Part shown: one piece after another, positions 51,410 through 61,772 of the stretch
Numbering within the stretch: the first letter of the stretch is position 1
Layout: the number at the start of each line of letters is the position of its first letter
Assembly: GCA_977030845.1 (NCBI GenBank)
Contig: OZ365115.1
Coordinates: forward strand, 24,986,001 to 25,050,000
DNA: 64,000 nt
Source of the DNA: Fimbriosthenelais zetlandica
Lineage: Eukaryota
Direction of reading: 5' to 3'
The notes under the pieces: generated by a model
The model's database searches: none
What the model saw: only the letters and a program-made list of their open reading frames with translations
Told to the model about the DNA's origin: nothing
Program-made: the position numbers and the translations under genes

Positions 51410-52220
51410 TGGAAGGAATTCCCCTCCTCAATGTGTTGCCAGCTTAAGTTGTAGAAGCAAAGAGGGGGAATCCAAAGCCAAGGTAAACAGTGCCATGAGG
51501 ATAGGTAAGGGGGAATCCCCTGCTTCTCCGGCTGAAGGACGGCGAATAGGGAATCCCCGACACGTCCTCTCTCTCCAAGGCACAGGCACAGACAGACCCC
51601 GGTCTCTCATACAAGTATTTCTTTATACCCCCGGTCGCCAATCATAAAATTGGCCACATTTTAAATCAGGGGGTGGTTCGTTGGGCGGGGGATCGGCTGC
51701 TGGCTGCCTGGCTGCAGGCAGGCAGCAAGCAAGGGGATGTCCTCGCCAGGAACGTAAATCCCCCCAGATTGACGTCATTCTATGGGGTTTCCCTCATGGA
51801 AACCTCGTTTTATTTCCATATATGGCAGTGGGGGTGCATACAAAGTGGCTGGTTGCTAGGCGTTGCTAAGGACCGCGGTAATCACATTGGTTCACACTGG
51901 GATCAATAACGCTACAGAATCAGGTGGGGGTCGGGGGTGTCCTCTGACGTCACAGACGCTCTGACGTCAAACCTTAAGTTTTTTATAGCTCCCTATCAGC
52001 AAGTAAAAGCGGCGCAGTGACGTCAATTATTTGTTGCTATTTTGAGCAGCTCTCGTAGGGAATTCCCTCTTGGGGTTGCCCTCTGTGGCGCGAATTATGA
52101 GGTGCTCACAGTGGCTTCGCCTGTGCATGGTTCTCTCTTCATTTTCCCATGACTATGTAGAAGGGAGACCTTTGAATTAATTGATATCAAGTAAGGCTCA
52201 AAATGGAGAGGAATTCCCTG
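51410..52220 (-). promoter_or_regulatory. Candidate inducible promoter/enhancer: TATA, CCAAT x2, GC box, 4 CRE, CArG, X-box-like and 5 NF-kB sites
   Basis: Minus-strand TATAAAG 51621-51627; CCAAT 51638 and ATTGG 51649; GGGCGGGG 51683; TGACGTCA 51770, 51945, 51962 and 52018; CCATATATGG 51816; GTTGCTA(G/A)G 51852 and 51862; kB sites at 51415, 51510, 51549, 51784 and 52058. Confidence 0.6.
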
Positions 52221-53169
52221 TAAGGTTTCAAGCTTCATTCTCTCCCATCACAGCTTTAATTTAAGCTCAAATCTGAGTCGGAATTCCATTGAATTGTATC
52301 ACAATATTCCACATTATTATGTGCACATCCGAACACCCCATTTAGACAATTAAATTGCCATAAAACTGCATTAAAAGTTCCACAACCCCAAAGAAAAACA
52401 TCACAGTAGGAATAATATTCCAAGATTTTGCATTGACCTATAAATTTCAATAAAGCTAAATCCTTGGATATAAAACAACTCCAGCATTGCAAATAATCCA
52501 ATGCTAAATCCAATAATTTCACTATTTGAATTCACTATTTAAATCCAATGGAAAGGAACAAAGTTGTCTGGACGGAAGTCTACACGGGAGTGTGGTAGTT
52601 GTGAGGGGCGGAGAGGGTTATTATAGCAGAGGGGTATAGATGAGCGAAGATGCCCCCTCCCCCCTCCCCCATCTAATCTCCAAGTGGGAGGGCAGGTGTA
52701 GGGGGGTGGGGGTGGAGGGAGGGGCAGACAGGAAGGGGTAGTTTAAGAGGCGGGGTGATTGGGAATGGGGTGGGAGAAGGGGGTGGGGGTTTTGGAAGCA
52801 GGTGGGGCATGGAATACTATTATATAGGGCATTATGATTTGAAGTCCCAAGCTGCACGAAATGTGAATTTTCTCTCAGACAAATAATTTATAATAATTTG
52901 AAATTTCCTTTCGCAGTGCTATAAACGTCAAACACACTTTTAATTATTTTGCTTTTGAGCTAGAACTGTTCAAAGGACTTTGCAAGCTAGAAATATGAAG
53001 TTTACCTCACTTTAAGGTGAATTACTAAACAAAAGATTTATTTAATAGCATGAATAGACGTATAATAATAAATCATATAAAATGTCAAATTAGAGGTATA
53101 TATCATGTCTTTTCCTGTGACAATTGCACATTGCAGATGGAAAAGACATATCTATTGGATGAAAATTAT

Positions 53170-53420
53170 ATTGGAACTATTTACTGTATTCCAAATGAAA
53201 TGAAATAAAATCGAAATTATAATATATTCCAGTGGGAATTGCTTAAGCAATGTAATTATCAATAATTCATCGATTATAAATGAAGAAATCAAGATATGGG
53301 GTTTGTGTATGAACAACCAAAGATAATAATAAGCCACTTGAATGGTTTAAAACAATAATTTGCTATTTCCTCCAAGTGCAAATCTTGAAACATAAATCCT
53401 AAAAGTAAATACTTTTCTGG
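53170..53420 (-). mobile_element. Possible very decayed CR1-like LINE fragment
   Basis: Minus-strand peptides EKYLLLGFMFQD.. and IYYNFDFISFHLEYS resemble the KYLGVxxD and LYYSLIxPHLEY motifs; spacing is imperfect. Confidence 0.25.
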
Positions 53421-53677
53421 TATTAAAACCATTGTTGTCCCTGATGGTGTAATTGCGTTAGACCTGTACATTGTTAATGTATAGATTCCTGGCTTTGAAA
53501 CTGAACTATTGAGTTAACCCATTGATCGAACCCAGTAGTATATGAAAGTGTCCAGTGTGTAGGGCGCAATGCATGGTGCACGCTGAATATGCGAGTAGTG
53601 CAATAAAAGTGAATATTAAATCAGGCAAATAACATTCCCTATAACATATCTATCATTAATTTCATTTAATAAAGACG

Positions 53678-53878
53678 GGAATACACTAATCCGATTCCCC
53701 AATCCGTCGCCAACTCCCATTTCTAATGACATTCAGTAATTGAAATGTTGTCAATTAGCTGATTAGTCTTACCTAGGTGTAACGGACAGTTAAAATTACA
53801 AGCATTTGGTGTGAATAGAAATATAGTTTCGGACAGCTTTCGGATGGAGCCGGATAGAGAATTGGATTAATGTGTTCC
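53678..53878. mobile_element. MITE family C' (family C core with CACTAATCCGATTC termini)
   Basis: GGAATACACTAATCCGATTC / GAATTGGATTAATGTGTTCC ends; core TTACCTAGGTGTAACGGACAGTTAAAATTACAAGCAT..AGAAATATAGTTTCG is shared with family C. Confidence 0.85.
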
Positions 53879-55479
53879 AGGCTTAAGACTAAACATCTTT
53901 TGAATTCATTAAAAATGTCAGAAGATATATCTTGAAACATATCTTGATTTCTTGAAGCTTGTCTTTCCACCTCTGGATATGACACTAAGTCATGCGATCT
54001 GTATTAAATATCATCAGCGCCTCCACCTCTGTTGGTTACCTAGATTACGCTAACAATATACGATTCTTCACGAATTGTAATATGAAACATAAGCTTACCA
54101 TTTCTATTATTGAAAATAATAACCATTAATTTTTGTGAATAGCATTGTCATATTTCGCATATACTTCAAATTGTATTCTAATGTACCAGTTGCATGAATA
54201 GCTAACTTTTGACTCATCATTGCCACTTGGAAATGTCTCTTACTTTCTCTTCTATATTACCATCCCTATGTAATTAAGAATTCAGCTGGGAACCCTAATT
54301 GGTATAACCCAACCATGATTCTGAAACCTAACCCCATTGCTCCCATTATCACAGTCATCCAGACCCATATCACTTAACCCAAGCAAACAGCAATCCCAAA
54401 ATGTCTTAAAACACCACAAGTACATCCCTAAAACCCCAATTCCTTTCCCTGTATCATATCTAAGAGCATTCCCCCTGTTACGCAACACCAATGCATTGTT
54501 TCCTCATGTTTTTCCGGTAGTGCCATGCGAATGCGGCGTATACAATATTAATAGTTGTGTGTTGGTCCAGTCTACCAGCTCAGTTCTACCATCATGCGCC
54601 ATGCACGGGCGTGGTAGGGGAAACCGGCCATCCCTGCCTACCACTACAAGCACCGACGGAACCGTTGGAGGAACGGAAGAGAAAGTATAAGCCAAGCATC
54701 TGTGGTGGCGGGAGCTAATAGGAGGTCTTGGGTACAACTTGAATTTTCAAGGCAAAGCAAGCTGAGGGATTTTGGAGGCCTTGTTCAGGGTTTATATAGG
54801 GTGAGGTGTGATTTTTGTGATTGCAGAGATAAATTGATAAATAAGGATATATATACAGGAGGTATCCGATGCTGGATGATACAATCATAAGGTTACAGTT
54901 TTTGTATAATTTATATTTCCTTATATATTGTATTGTCGCTTTCTAAATTTATTAACTATCATATAATCTGCAGTGTATTTAGGTTTTACCAATCATGTAT
55001 TATCATCCTATTATATTCCTGCCAGTTCAGCACAGTTATCTTTCATTGTGATCTTCGATTGGCAGCTGCAACTGACATAACATAAACTTAAAAGATGGTC
55101 TTAAAAAATTAAAATAAACCTTCGCAGACTATTGCTGGACTATTTAAATTCCAAGATATGTCATGAAAATCGTATTAGACAGGCAATTAAAGAATCCAAA
55201 GGAACATATTTTGGAAGACTCAGCTAGAATGTCCCCAGGCCAGCGATCTAGTACAGTAGATTAAGATTCTCTTTTTTAAAAATCCCCTAAGGTATCATTT
55301 TAATAGATGAGTAGGAATTAACATCCTTGGTAATAATTATGGTGCACACTAGATATAATGGATAAAGAACCATAGGGTTTCATCGCATCCCTGCGGCTCT
55401 TCATTCTCCCTTGGTGACGACCATGATTTCAATCGTATCACCATGGACATTGCCGTGGTGAAGGGTTGTAGGAGGCGGT

Positions 55480-55890
55480 GGGGGAGGGAAGGAGAGGGGG
55501 GGGGGGGGGCAAGGAAGGAGGGATAGGGGAGGGAAAGGGAGGGATTAAAAAGGGGCAGGGAGACAGGGACAAAGAGGGAGAGACAGGAAGGGTTAGGTGA
55601 AGGGATAGGGAACGGATAAAGAGAAAGAGAAAGGGAGGGATAGGAGATAGGGAGAGGGAGGGATAATGAGGGACAGAGCGAGAGGGAAAGAGTTGAATGT
55701 ATATATATAGGGAGTAAGATAGATAGGAAGAGAGATATATACAAAGAGGGGGAGTGAGAGGGGGAGGGGGAAGTTGGGGAGAGGCATATAGAAACAGAGG
55801 GAAAGAGGGAGTGATAGAGAAATGGGAGAGATAGATATAGGAGAGAGAAGGAGACATAGAGGAAGAGGGAGATAGGGAGAGAAAGGAGAT
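55480..55890 (+). repeat. Purine-rich low-complexity tract
   Basis: GGA/GA-rich; explains ORFs 55349, 55438 and 55593. Confidence 0.85.
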
Positions 55891-56044
55891 AGTATTATAG
55901 TAAACCTTTTACAGTATTGTATAATAGTACCTTTTACGGACCAGATCCTGTGACCAATATCCAATAGCTCATAATAATCTTATAGAACTTACTTTGGAAC
56001 AACAAGCCAATTGCCAATTGAACAATGCATTAATTCCAGTGAGG

Positions 56045-56187
56045 CATAGCACAACTGCAACTGCACTAGCATGCTATTTTTGAGGAGTGGCTATATTTGG
56101 TGTGGCAGATATGGCAGGTGAGGCCATATAAAAACATGGCAACAATATCGCAAGGCAATATAACTCCAGTGGAACTAGAGTTACCCC
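56045..56187. mobile_element. MITE family D, partial, inverted
   Basis: AACTGCAACTGCACTAGCA, GGCAGATATGGCAGGTG and CCAGTGGAACT..TTACCCC. Confidence 0.65.
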
Positions 56188-56212
56188 ATTATCAAGAACC
56201 TTGATCAACTAA

Positions 56213-56430
56213 CATGCCCACGCACTGACCCGATTCTCCAATCCGTCACCATGGGATACCCCATTTCTAATGACATCCAACTATTGAAATTGTGTCAGTG
56301 GTTAGCTTTACCTAGGTGTAAAAGACAGTTACAATTAGAAGCATTGGGTGTCACTATAGAAGTACAATATCGGACAGCTATCATTATATATGGAGCCGGA
56401 TAGAGAATCGGATTAGTGTGTGGGCACCTT
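56213..56430. mobile_element. MITE family C'
   Basis: TGCCCACGCACTGACCCGATTCTC / GAGAATCGGATTAGTGTGTGGGCACC ends; collinear with 53678-53878. Confidence 0.88.
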
Positions 56431-56699
56431 TACCATCCCCCTCCCAATTTCTGTTTATAGGGAAGCATGAAACCGATGACGATGTTCATTGCTTTCTGAC
56501 GTCATCATGACAGAAGAGAAGCTGCCATTATATGTGAACTACCATCACCATGGTGAAGCCAAACAAAAGATGCCCATCCTCACATTACCATGAAAATATA
56601 TCCACATTGTGTTCCGAGATATACTAAAATGTTCGGGTGTGTTTATGGGGGTAGCTCCACTGCATGTTTTCTATAGCATATTGCGGGCTTTGCAGAAAG

Positions 56700-56985
56700 A
56701 ATTTTGCTTCGCGAAAAATGTTGGCTTACATAAAGTTTTGCACATGATTCGCCATCGCCAAAAATGGCTTCGCGATTTGCTTCACTGAATCACCCATTTT
56801 TGCCTATTTTTTGCGATGACTTTCGCCAACAACCCATAGAAATACATAGGCTTTGGCCTAATTTTGGCGAGCAGAAATTCGCGAGCGATGGGTTTATGCA
56901 ATGCAATGTATTTTCTGGTCGCATACCGCTCGCTTACACCGTTTTTTGGCGAACAGATTTTGTTTCTGCAAGGCAAATCTGATTC
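56700..56985. mobile_element. Palindromic TTCGCC/GGCGAA-rich MITE-like element
   Basis: TTCGCCATCGCCAAAAA versus TTTTTTGGCGAA; internal CCCATAGAAATACAT. Confidence 0.5.
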
Positions 56986-57071
56986 TGCAACGCCCGCATT
57001 ATGTTTTTTGTTTCGGCTGAATCATATCAAGTGTCACAAGGCCCCATTTTCTAGTCTTGGGAGTCGGTTAT

Positions 57072-57288
57072 CCCCCTCTTGTACAAGGAACCTCGCCAAT
57101 GGCGAGGATCGGCGAGGGCAACCTCGTAAGGCGTTTGCTTTGTTAAAATACGTTTTTTTCTTGAAAAAAAGTGCTTGGATAATTGCCTGTTTTTCCATTG
57201 TCCACGCATTAAATATTGTTTGTACAATACAATCGCTCAACGAAGGTACCCTCGCCGACCCTCGCCATGGCGATTTTCTTGTACAACA
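57072..57288 (+). mobile_element. MITE family A, asymmetric copy
   Basis: CTTGTACAAGGAACCTCGCCAATGGCGAGG.. / ..CCCTCGCCGACCCTCGCCATGGCGATTTTCTTGTACAACA. Confidence 0.9.
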
Positions 57289-57437
57289 CCATGTATAATT
57301 ATATGTCAGACCTTGCGTATGCGTATATAGGAACAAACTCCTAGATGCTGTAAAGTAGAAAGTCGCAGTATTGCCAAATGGAAAACCCAGTGGAGCTACT
57401 CTATTAAAAGCCAAAACGGAAAGCTCTATGTGGAAAG

Positions 57438-57520
57438 TGAAAATCATACGAAAATCTTGAGTAATCGAGAGTGTGAGCTGGTATTCCCCCATAACAGGCT
57501 CTATAAAAATTCTAACTAAA
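57438..57520 (+). repeat. Dispersed repeat of about 80 bp, copy 1
   Basis: TGAAAATCATACGAAA..GAGTAATC(G/A)AGAGTGTGAGCTGGTATTC(C/A)CCCATAACAGGCTCTATAAAAATTCT is nearly identical to 62486-62568. Confidence 0.9.
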
Positions 57521-59639
57521 AAAAAAATTCAATCCAAAATAGTATAATTGTCATAGCAACAAGTGAAATTCAGTGCCCAATATCAGTATTGGGAATGGAG
57601 TAGAATGTAATGTAGCTTATAACCTACAAGCGTTCGTACTCCAATGTTCTGAAAATCGCAACAAATAATTAGCTTTCAGCGACAGAAAACGTTAGGAGAT
57701 ATGTCGTTGCCACCAAGGATATGGGTAATGTTATGCAAGCGGGAGTTAGCGAGGGGTCATTGAACTACACGTGCATGGATGTGTTGTAGATTGTAGTAGT
57801 ATTGAGACAAAGGTATTGGATAATTTTTGTCTTTAACCAAATGCAATTCATGTGTAGATATCCCAACTCTTAATTATCTATGATGAAAAATAAGTAAATC
57901 TCACCATTTACATAAAACTGAGCAAGATATAAGAGTATAAATAATAATATTTAATTTTTCAAATGTCAATTTCAAATGTCCAAGTCAATGTGCCCCCACC
58001 CCTGGCTGACCTGGGTGTTCCGAGCAGTGATGTCTGATCCACACGGAGATTCAGAATATATATTTTTTTAATTTTACATTGGATTATACAGGGAACCATA
58101 TTAAACCATTGGATTGCAGACTAATAATTTTTAGGACACCCTGGGATTCAGACTAATACATTTGATTTGTGTCTGAAACCTCAGATCAGGGTGGGTATGT
58201 GGGCATATTGACTGGTATACAAAACCCACTTTACTTATAGCGTATAGAAAGGGCTAACTGAATTATACCAATGTGCCTTCAAAGCTCCGAGCAGGCAGTG
58301 CTGCTGCTGATGGTAGAACCCATGGCTTCGCTGCACTGGCTGTGGAAGAACCGATTTGGTAGGAGGCGGCTTATAATAGGCAAGTCACAGGCCAGCCGAG
58401 TGCACTGATGCTAAATATAGACCGGTACGAGACCGATATAGAACTGGTGGGGTTTTGGCCGGTTTCTGACCATGTGTGTCAATGGAACTCCAAGATCTTC
58501 ATCGATTTTCGGCAATTACCCTCCCAAAAGGGAGGCAGGGTGTACATAAATAGATGCTAAAGGGTAGGGATGAAGAAAGGGAGGGTTAGATAAGACATTG
58601 TATATATACATCAAGGGAATGGATGAGGGAAGGGTGGGATGGGGTGGGTTGGATGGGAATGGTAGAGGGAATGTTGGGGTAGGAAGAGGGGGAAGGGGGA
58701 AAGGAAGGTGTGCAGGAAGAGCCGAAAGAAAGGAGAACAAGAATGACACGAAGAATAAATGGAACAGAAGAATCCTACGGAATTGTCTGCGACCACTCGC
58801 TGGGCCTCCCAACGAACGAAAACGCTTCGAGGGATGTCCAAATGTTGCGAGAGGTGTCATGTACACTATTGCTGGTGGATGTATCGGTAGTTCCAACGAT
58901 ACTATCGATGCGTTGGACTCCTCGTACAATTTTCTCTATTATTTTATCATTTCTTTTCTACGAAAAATCGCAAGCAAGCAAGTAATTCTAAGGATAGTCC
59001 AACGAAATTCTACGAGCAGTCAAATGACCGGTCGTTGACTCCCACTTGCATATATATATATATGATAACATCACTTGTTAGAACTAACGATGCAACCCCC
59101 AACAATTGTACGACATCTCTACCACCATTTTTCACTTGTAGCCTTTTCGTTAGTTGGAAGCCTACCGAAAATATTGTAGGAATTTTCCTGCGATTTTATT
59201 TTCTACGAGACTTGGCTAGCGAACGCTCTCTGGAATTATGCAAAAAGGGGATTATGTTTTTTCCTACAACATCGAAAATGGGGAAACTTTCTCTGCCCTT
59301 GATACTGTCCCTGCTAGGCTACTGTCACATATATCTCTTGGAGAGGCCTCTTTATATAAAAGAGATTTCAGTTGGACACCACAAGATATTAATATTATAA
59401 GAGGTCAAGCTACCGGAATCTGAGTAATGTATCGGATCAATTATCCACCAGATAAATATTGTCCCACCATTTCTTAGATTCTTGGTCCATTTATTCATGG
59501 TATTCAACAAGTCATCTGTTATATTTGGAATTTCTTATTGATTAACTGATGAATAATATGAGAAGGAATAACAAGCGAGACTGGAGTATAATTATGTTGT
59601 CCTAAAGTAGACTGAAGTCTTGTTCTCTTTTGAAGCAAA

Positions 59640-60385
59640 CTTAACAAATTTCACTTCCTTTGACTTCCTACCTTCCACTAGATATGTCCTTGTTTACATT
59701 AAATTGTATTCACGGTATTCAACAATTTATTTTACTACCTTTGTCTTCCAACCTTTCACCAAATATCGGTTCACTTTTTTCTTGGTCTCTTGCTTCCATT
59801 TATTCGTAGTATTCAACAATTTATTTTACTACCTTTGACTTCCTACCTTCCACTAGATATTGGTCCACTATTTCTTGGTCTCTAATTAAACACGCTTCCC
59901 ACTACAATTAGATCAGAAATAACCACTTATTCATGGTATTCAACATTATTCATTCAACCCAATTTGACTTCCAACTTTCCCCAGACATTGGTCCCATATT
60001 TCTTCGTATCTTGGTTCCATTTATTCATGGTATTCCACAATAAATTTCACTACCTTTGACCTCCTACCTTCCACTAGATATTGGTCCACTATTTCTTGGT
60101 CTCTAGGTTCCATTTATTCATGGTATTCAACAATTCATTCAACCTAATTTGACTTCCAACTTTTTCCCAGACATTGGTCCAATATTTCTTGGTATCTTGG
60201 TTCCATTTATTCATGGTATTCCACAATTTATTTCACAACCTTTTACTCCCTACCTTCCTCCAGATACTGCCCCATTTTTTTGATTTATTCATTAGCAGTA
60301 TTCAACAAATGATTTCAGTTACTTGTCCCCACGTGAAGGTCGACTATTTCTTGGTTCCATTTATTTATCCTATTCAACAAGACAT
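59640..60385. repeat. 93-94 bp minisatellite with alternating A/B units (dimer of about 187 bp)
   Basis: TATTC(A/C)ACA anchors at 59716, 59810, 59937, 60031, 60124, 60217, 60299 and 60371; units alternate CCTACCTTCCACTAGATA and CCAAC(C/T)TT..CA(G/A)A(C/T)AT. Confidence 0.88.
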
Positions 60386-60489
60386 TCCTCTTCTTTTGAC
60401 TTACTATCTAAAGCATCATTATCAAGTGACATTTTTTGTTCTCCTGTCTCAGAATCATCTTGCCTCCTTTACCCTTCATCCCCCCTATA

Positions 60490-60710
60490 TACCTGCTATA
60501 TTTAGCTCTACCATCGAGCCAGAGTTGCCTACCAAACGGCCTGCCACCACCACCCCACCACCACGGCTGGTAGTAGATAGAAAGAGGGATTTTATGCAGG
60601 TTCTAAAAATAGACCGGGCTAGCGCGCAGAGCGGCAGGTTTCCGCTCAGTGCGGTACACCAGTCGCCCATGACCCAGTTTAAGTGGCACTGTTCTATTTT
60701 TAGAACGTGG
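60490..60710. promoter_or_regulatory. Triple MEF2-site cluster around a GC-rich core
   Basis: CTATATTTAG 60496, CTAAAAATAG 60603 and CTATTTTTAG 60694. Confidence 0.45.
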
Positions 60711-60857
60711 AACGAGTGCTGGTGGCCATATAGGTAGAGGGGCATCTGCTGAGAGAAGGTGGTGGTGGTTCTGTGAGTGGGAGTACGTATCAGTTGGGTT
60801 TGATAAGACGATAGTATAAGAAAAATGGTGGGTTTGTGGGTGTTATAATTGTGGGTA

Positions 60858-61099
60858 AAGCCGGGACTCCACTGCCTCGATTTTGCTTGCGACTACTGCA
60901 ACAAATATGATCTTTGTGTGGGAATGAAAAATGTACTAGTTGAGGACGGCCTTAAGAAAAAAGTGCTTGGACAAAGAAATAACAAGCAATTGTCCAAGCA
61001 CTTTTTTTTTCAAGAAAACAGTACTTGAAGAAAGCAAACGCTCGACGAGACTGCCCTCGCCGACCTTCGCCATTGGCGAGATTCCCTGTACAACAGGGG
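60858..61099. mobile_element. Chimeric MITE: family B half (60858-60955) fused to family A core and L arm (60956-61099)
   Basis: TA|AAGCCGGGACTCCACTGCCTCGATTTTGCTTGCGAC..TGAGGACGGCCTTAAG runs directly into AAAAAAGTGCTTGGACAA..CTGTACAACAGGGG. Confidence 0.85.
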
Positions 61100-61194
61100 A
61101 ATATGATAATTAATGTTATCTCCTTATATAGAGCTTCCCTCAGGTATAGGATATCTACTGCGTGTTATAGTATTTAATCTTCTGTGTGTATCTC

Positions 61195-61285
61195 ATCTAC
61201 TGTGTTAATCTACTGTGTGCATCTACTGTGTGCATCTACTGTGTTAATCTACTGTGTGCATCTACTGTGTGCATCTACTGTGTGC
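61195..61285. repeat. 13-bp minisatellite ATCTACTGTGT(TA/GC) x7
   Basis: Units at 61195, 61208, 61221, 61234, 61247, 61260 and 61273; unit ends follow the pattern TA, GC, GC, TA, GC, GC, GC. Confidence 0.95.
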
Positions 61286-61350
61286 TGGACAGATCACAAA
61301 AACGGTTGATGCAATTATGACCACTACGAATTTAACTGAGTATACCAGGC

Positions 61351-61518
61351 GTTGTACAATAAAATCGTCGATGGCGAGGGATCGGCGAGGGTGCATTGTT
61401 GAAGTGCTGCTTTTTTGTCCAAGCACTGTTTTCTCAAAAACATTGCTTGGTGAATGCAATCTCTCCGCGAGGGTACCCTCGCCGATCCCTCGCCATCGAC
61501 GATTTTATTGTACAACAG
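61351..61518. mobile_element. MITE family A, symmetric (R/R) copy with deletion
   Basis: GTTGTACAATAAAATCGTCGATGGCGAGGGATCGGCGAGGGT / ACCCTCGCCGATCCCTCGCCATCGACGATTTTATTGTACAAC: a perfect 42-bp inverted pair. Confidence 0.92.
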
Positions 61519-61534
61519 TGGGATACTCTATTAT

Positions 61535-61772
61535 GCCCCTGTTGTACAAGGAACCTCGCCAATTGCGAGGGTCCGCGAGGGCAACCTGCATGCTCGAGCG
61601 TTTGCTTTGTTCAAACTTGTACTGTTTGTTTTAAAAGGTGTTTGGATTAGTTGTTAATATTGCTTTGTCCAAGCACTGTTTTCACAAAAATATAGCTTGT
61701 ACAATACAATCGCTCGACGAGGGTACCCTCGCCGATCCTTCGCCATCGACGATTTTATCGTACAACAGGGGC
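61535..61772 (+). mobile_element. MITE family A, asymmetric copy
   Basis: GCCCCTGTTGTACAAGGAACCTCGCC.. / ..CATCGACGATTTTATCGTACAACAGGGGC. Confidence 0.92.

Larger units (their letters stand above)
56647..57401. mobile_element. Family D termini enclosing two nested elements (composite)
   Basis: GGGGTAGCTCCACTG at 56648 and CAGTGGAGCTACTC ending at 57401; the interval contains a TTCGCC/GGCGAA-rich element and a family A copy. Confidence 0.55.

Noticed and set aside
59640-60300. 93-bp units as a coding 31-aa repeat on the minus strand
   Set aside because: One B unit reads open (MNKWNQDTKKYW..), but the adjacent A unit has several in-frame stops.
54550-60580. Recurrent CTACCA/TGGTAG motifs at about 54.6, 58.3 and 60.5 kb
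   Set aside because: The shared words are too short to establish homology or a known binding site.
60174-60737. 187-aa ORF
   Set aside because: It spans the minisatellite and the MEF2 cluster; its composition is repeat-driven.
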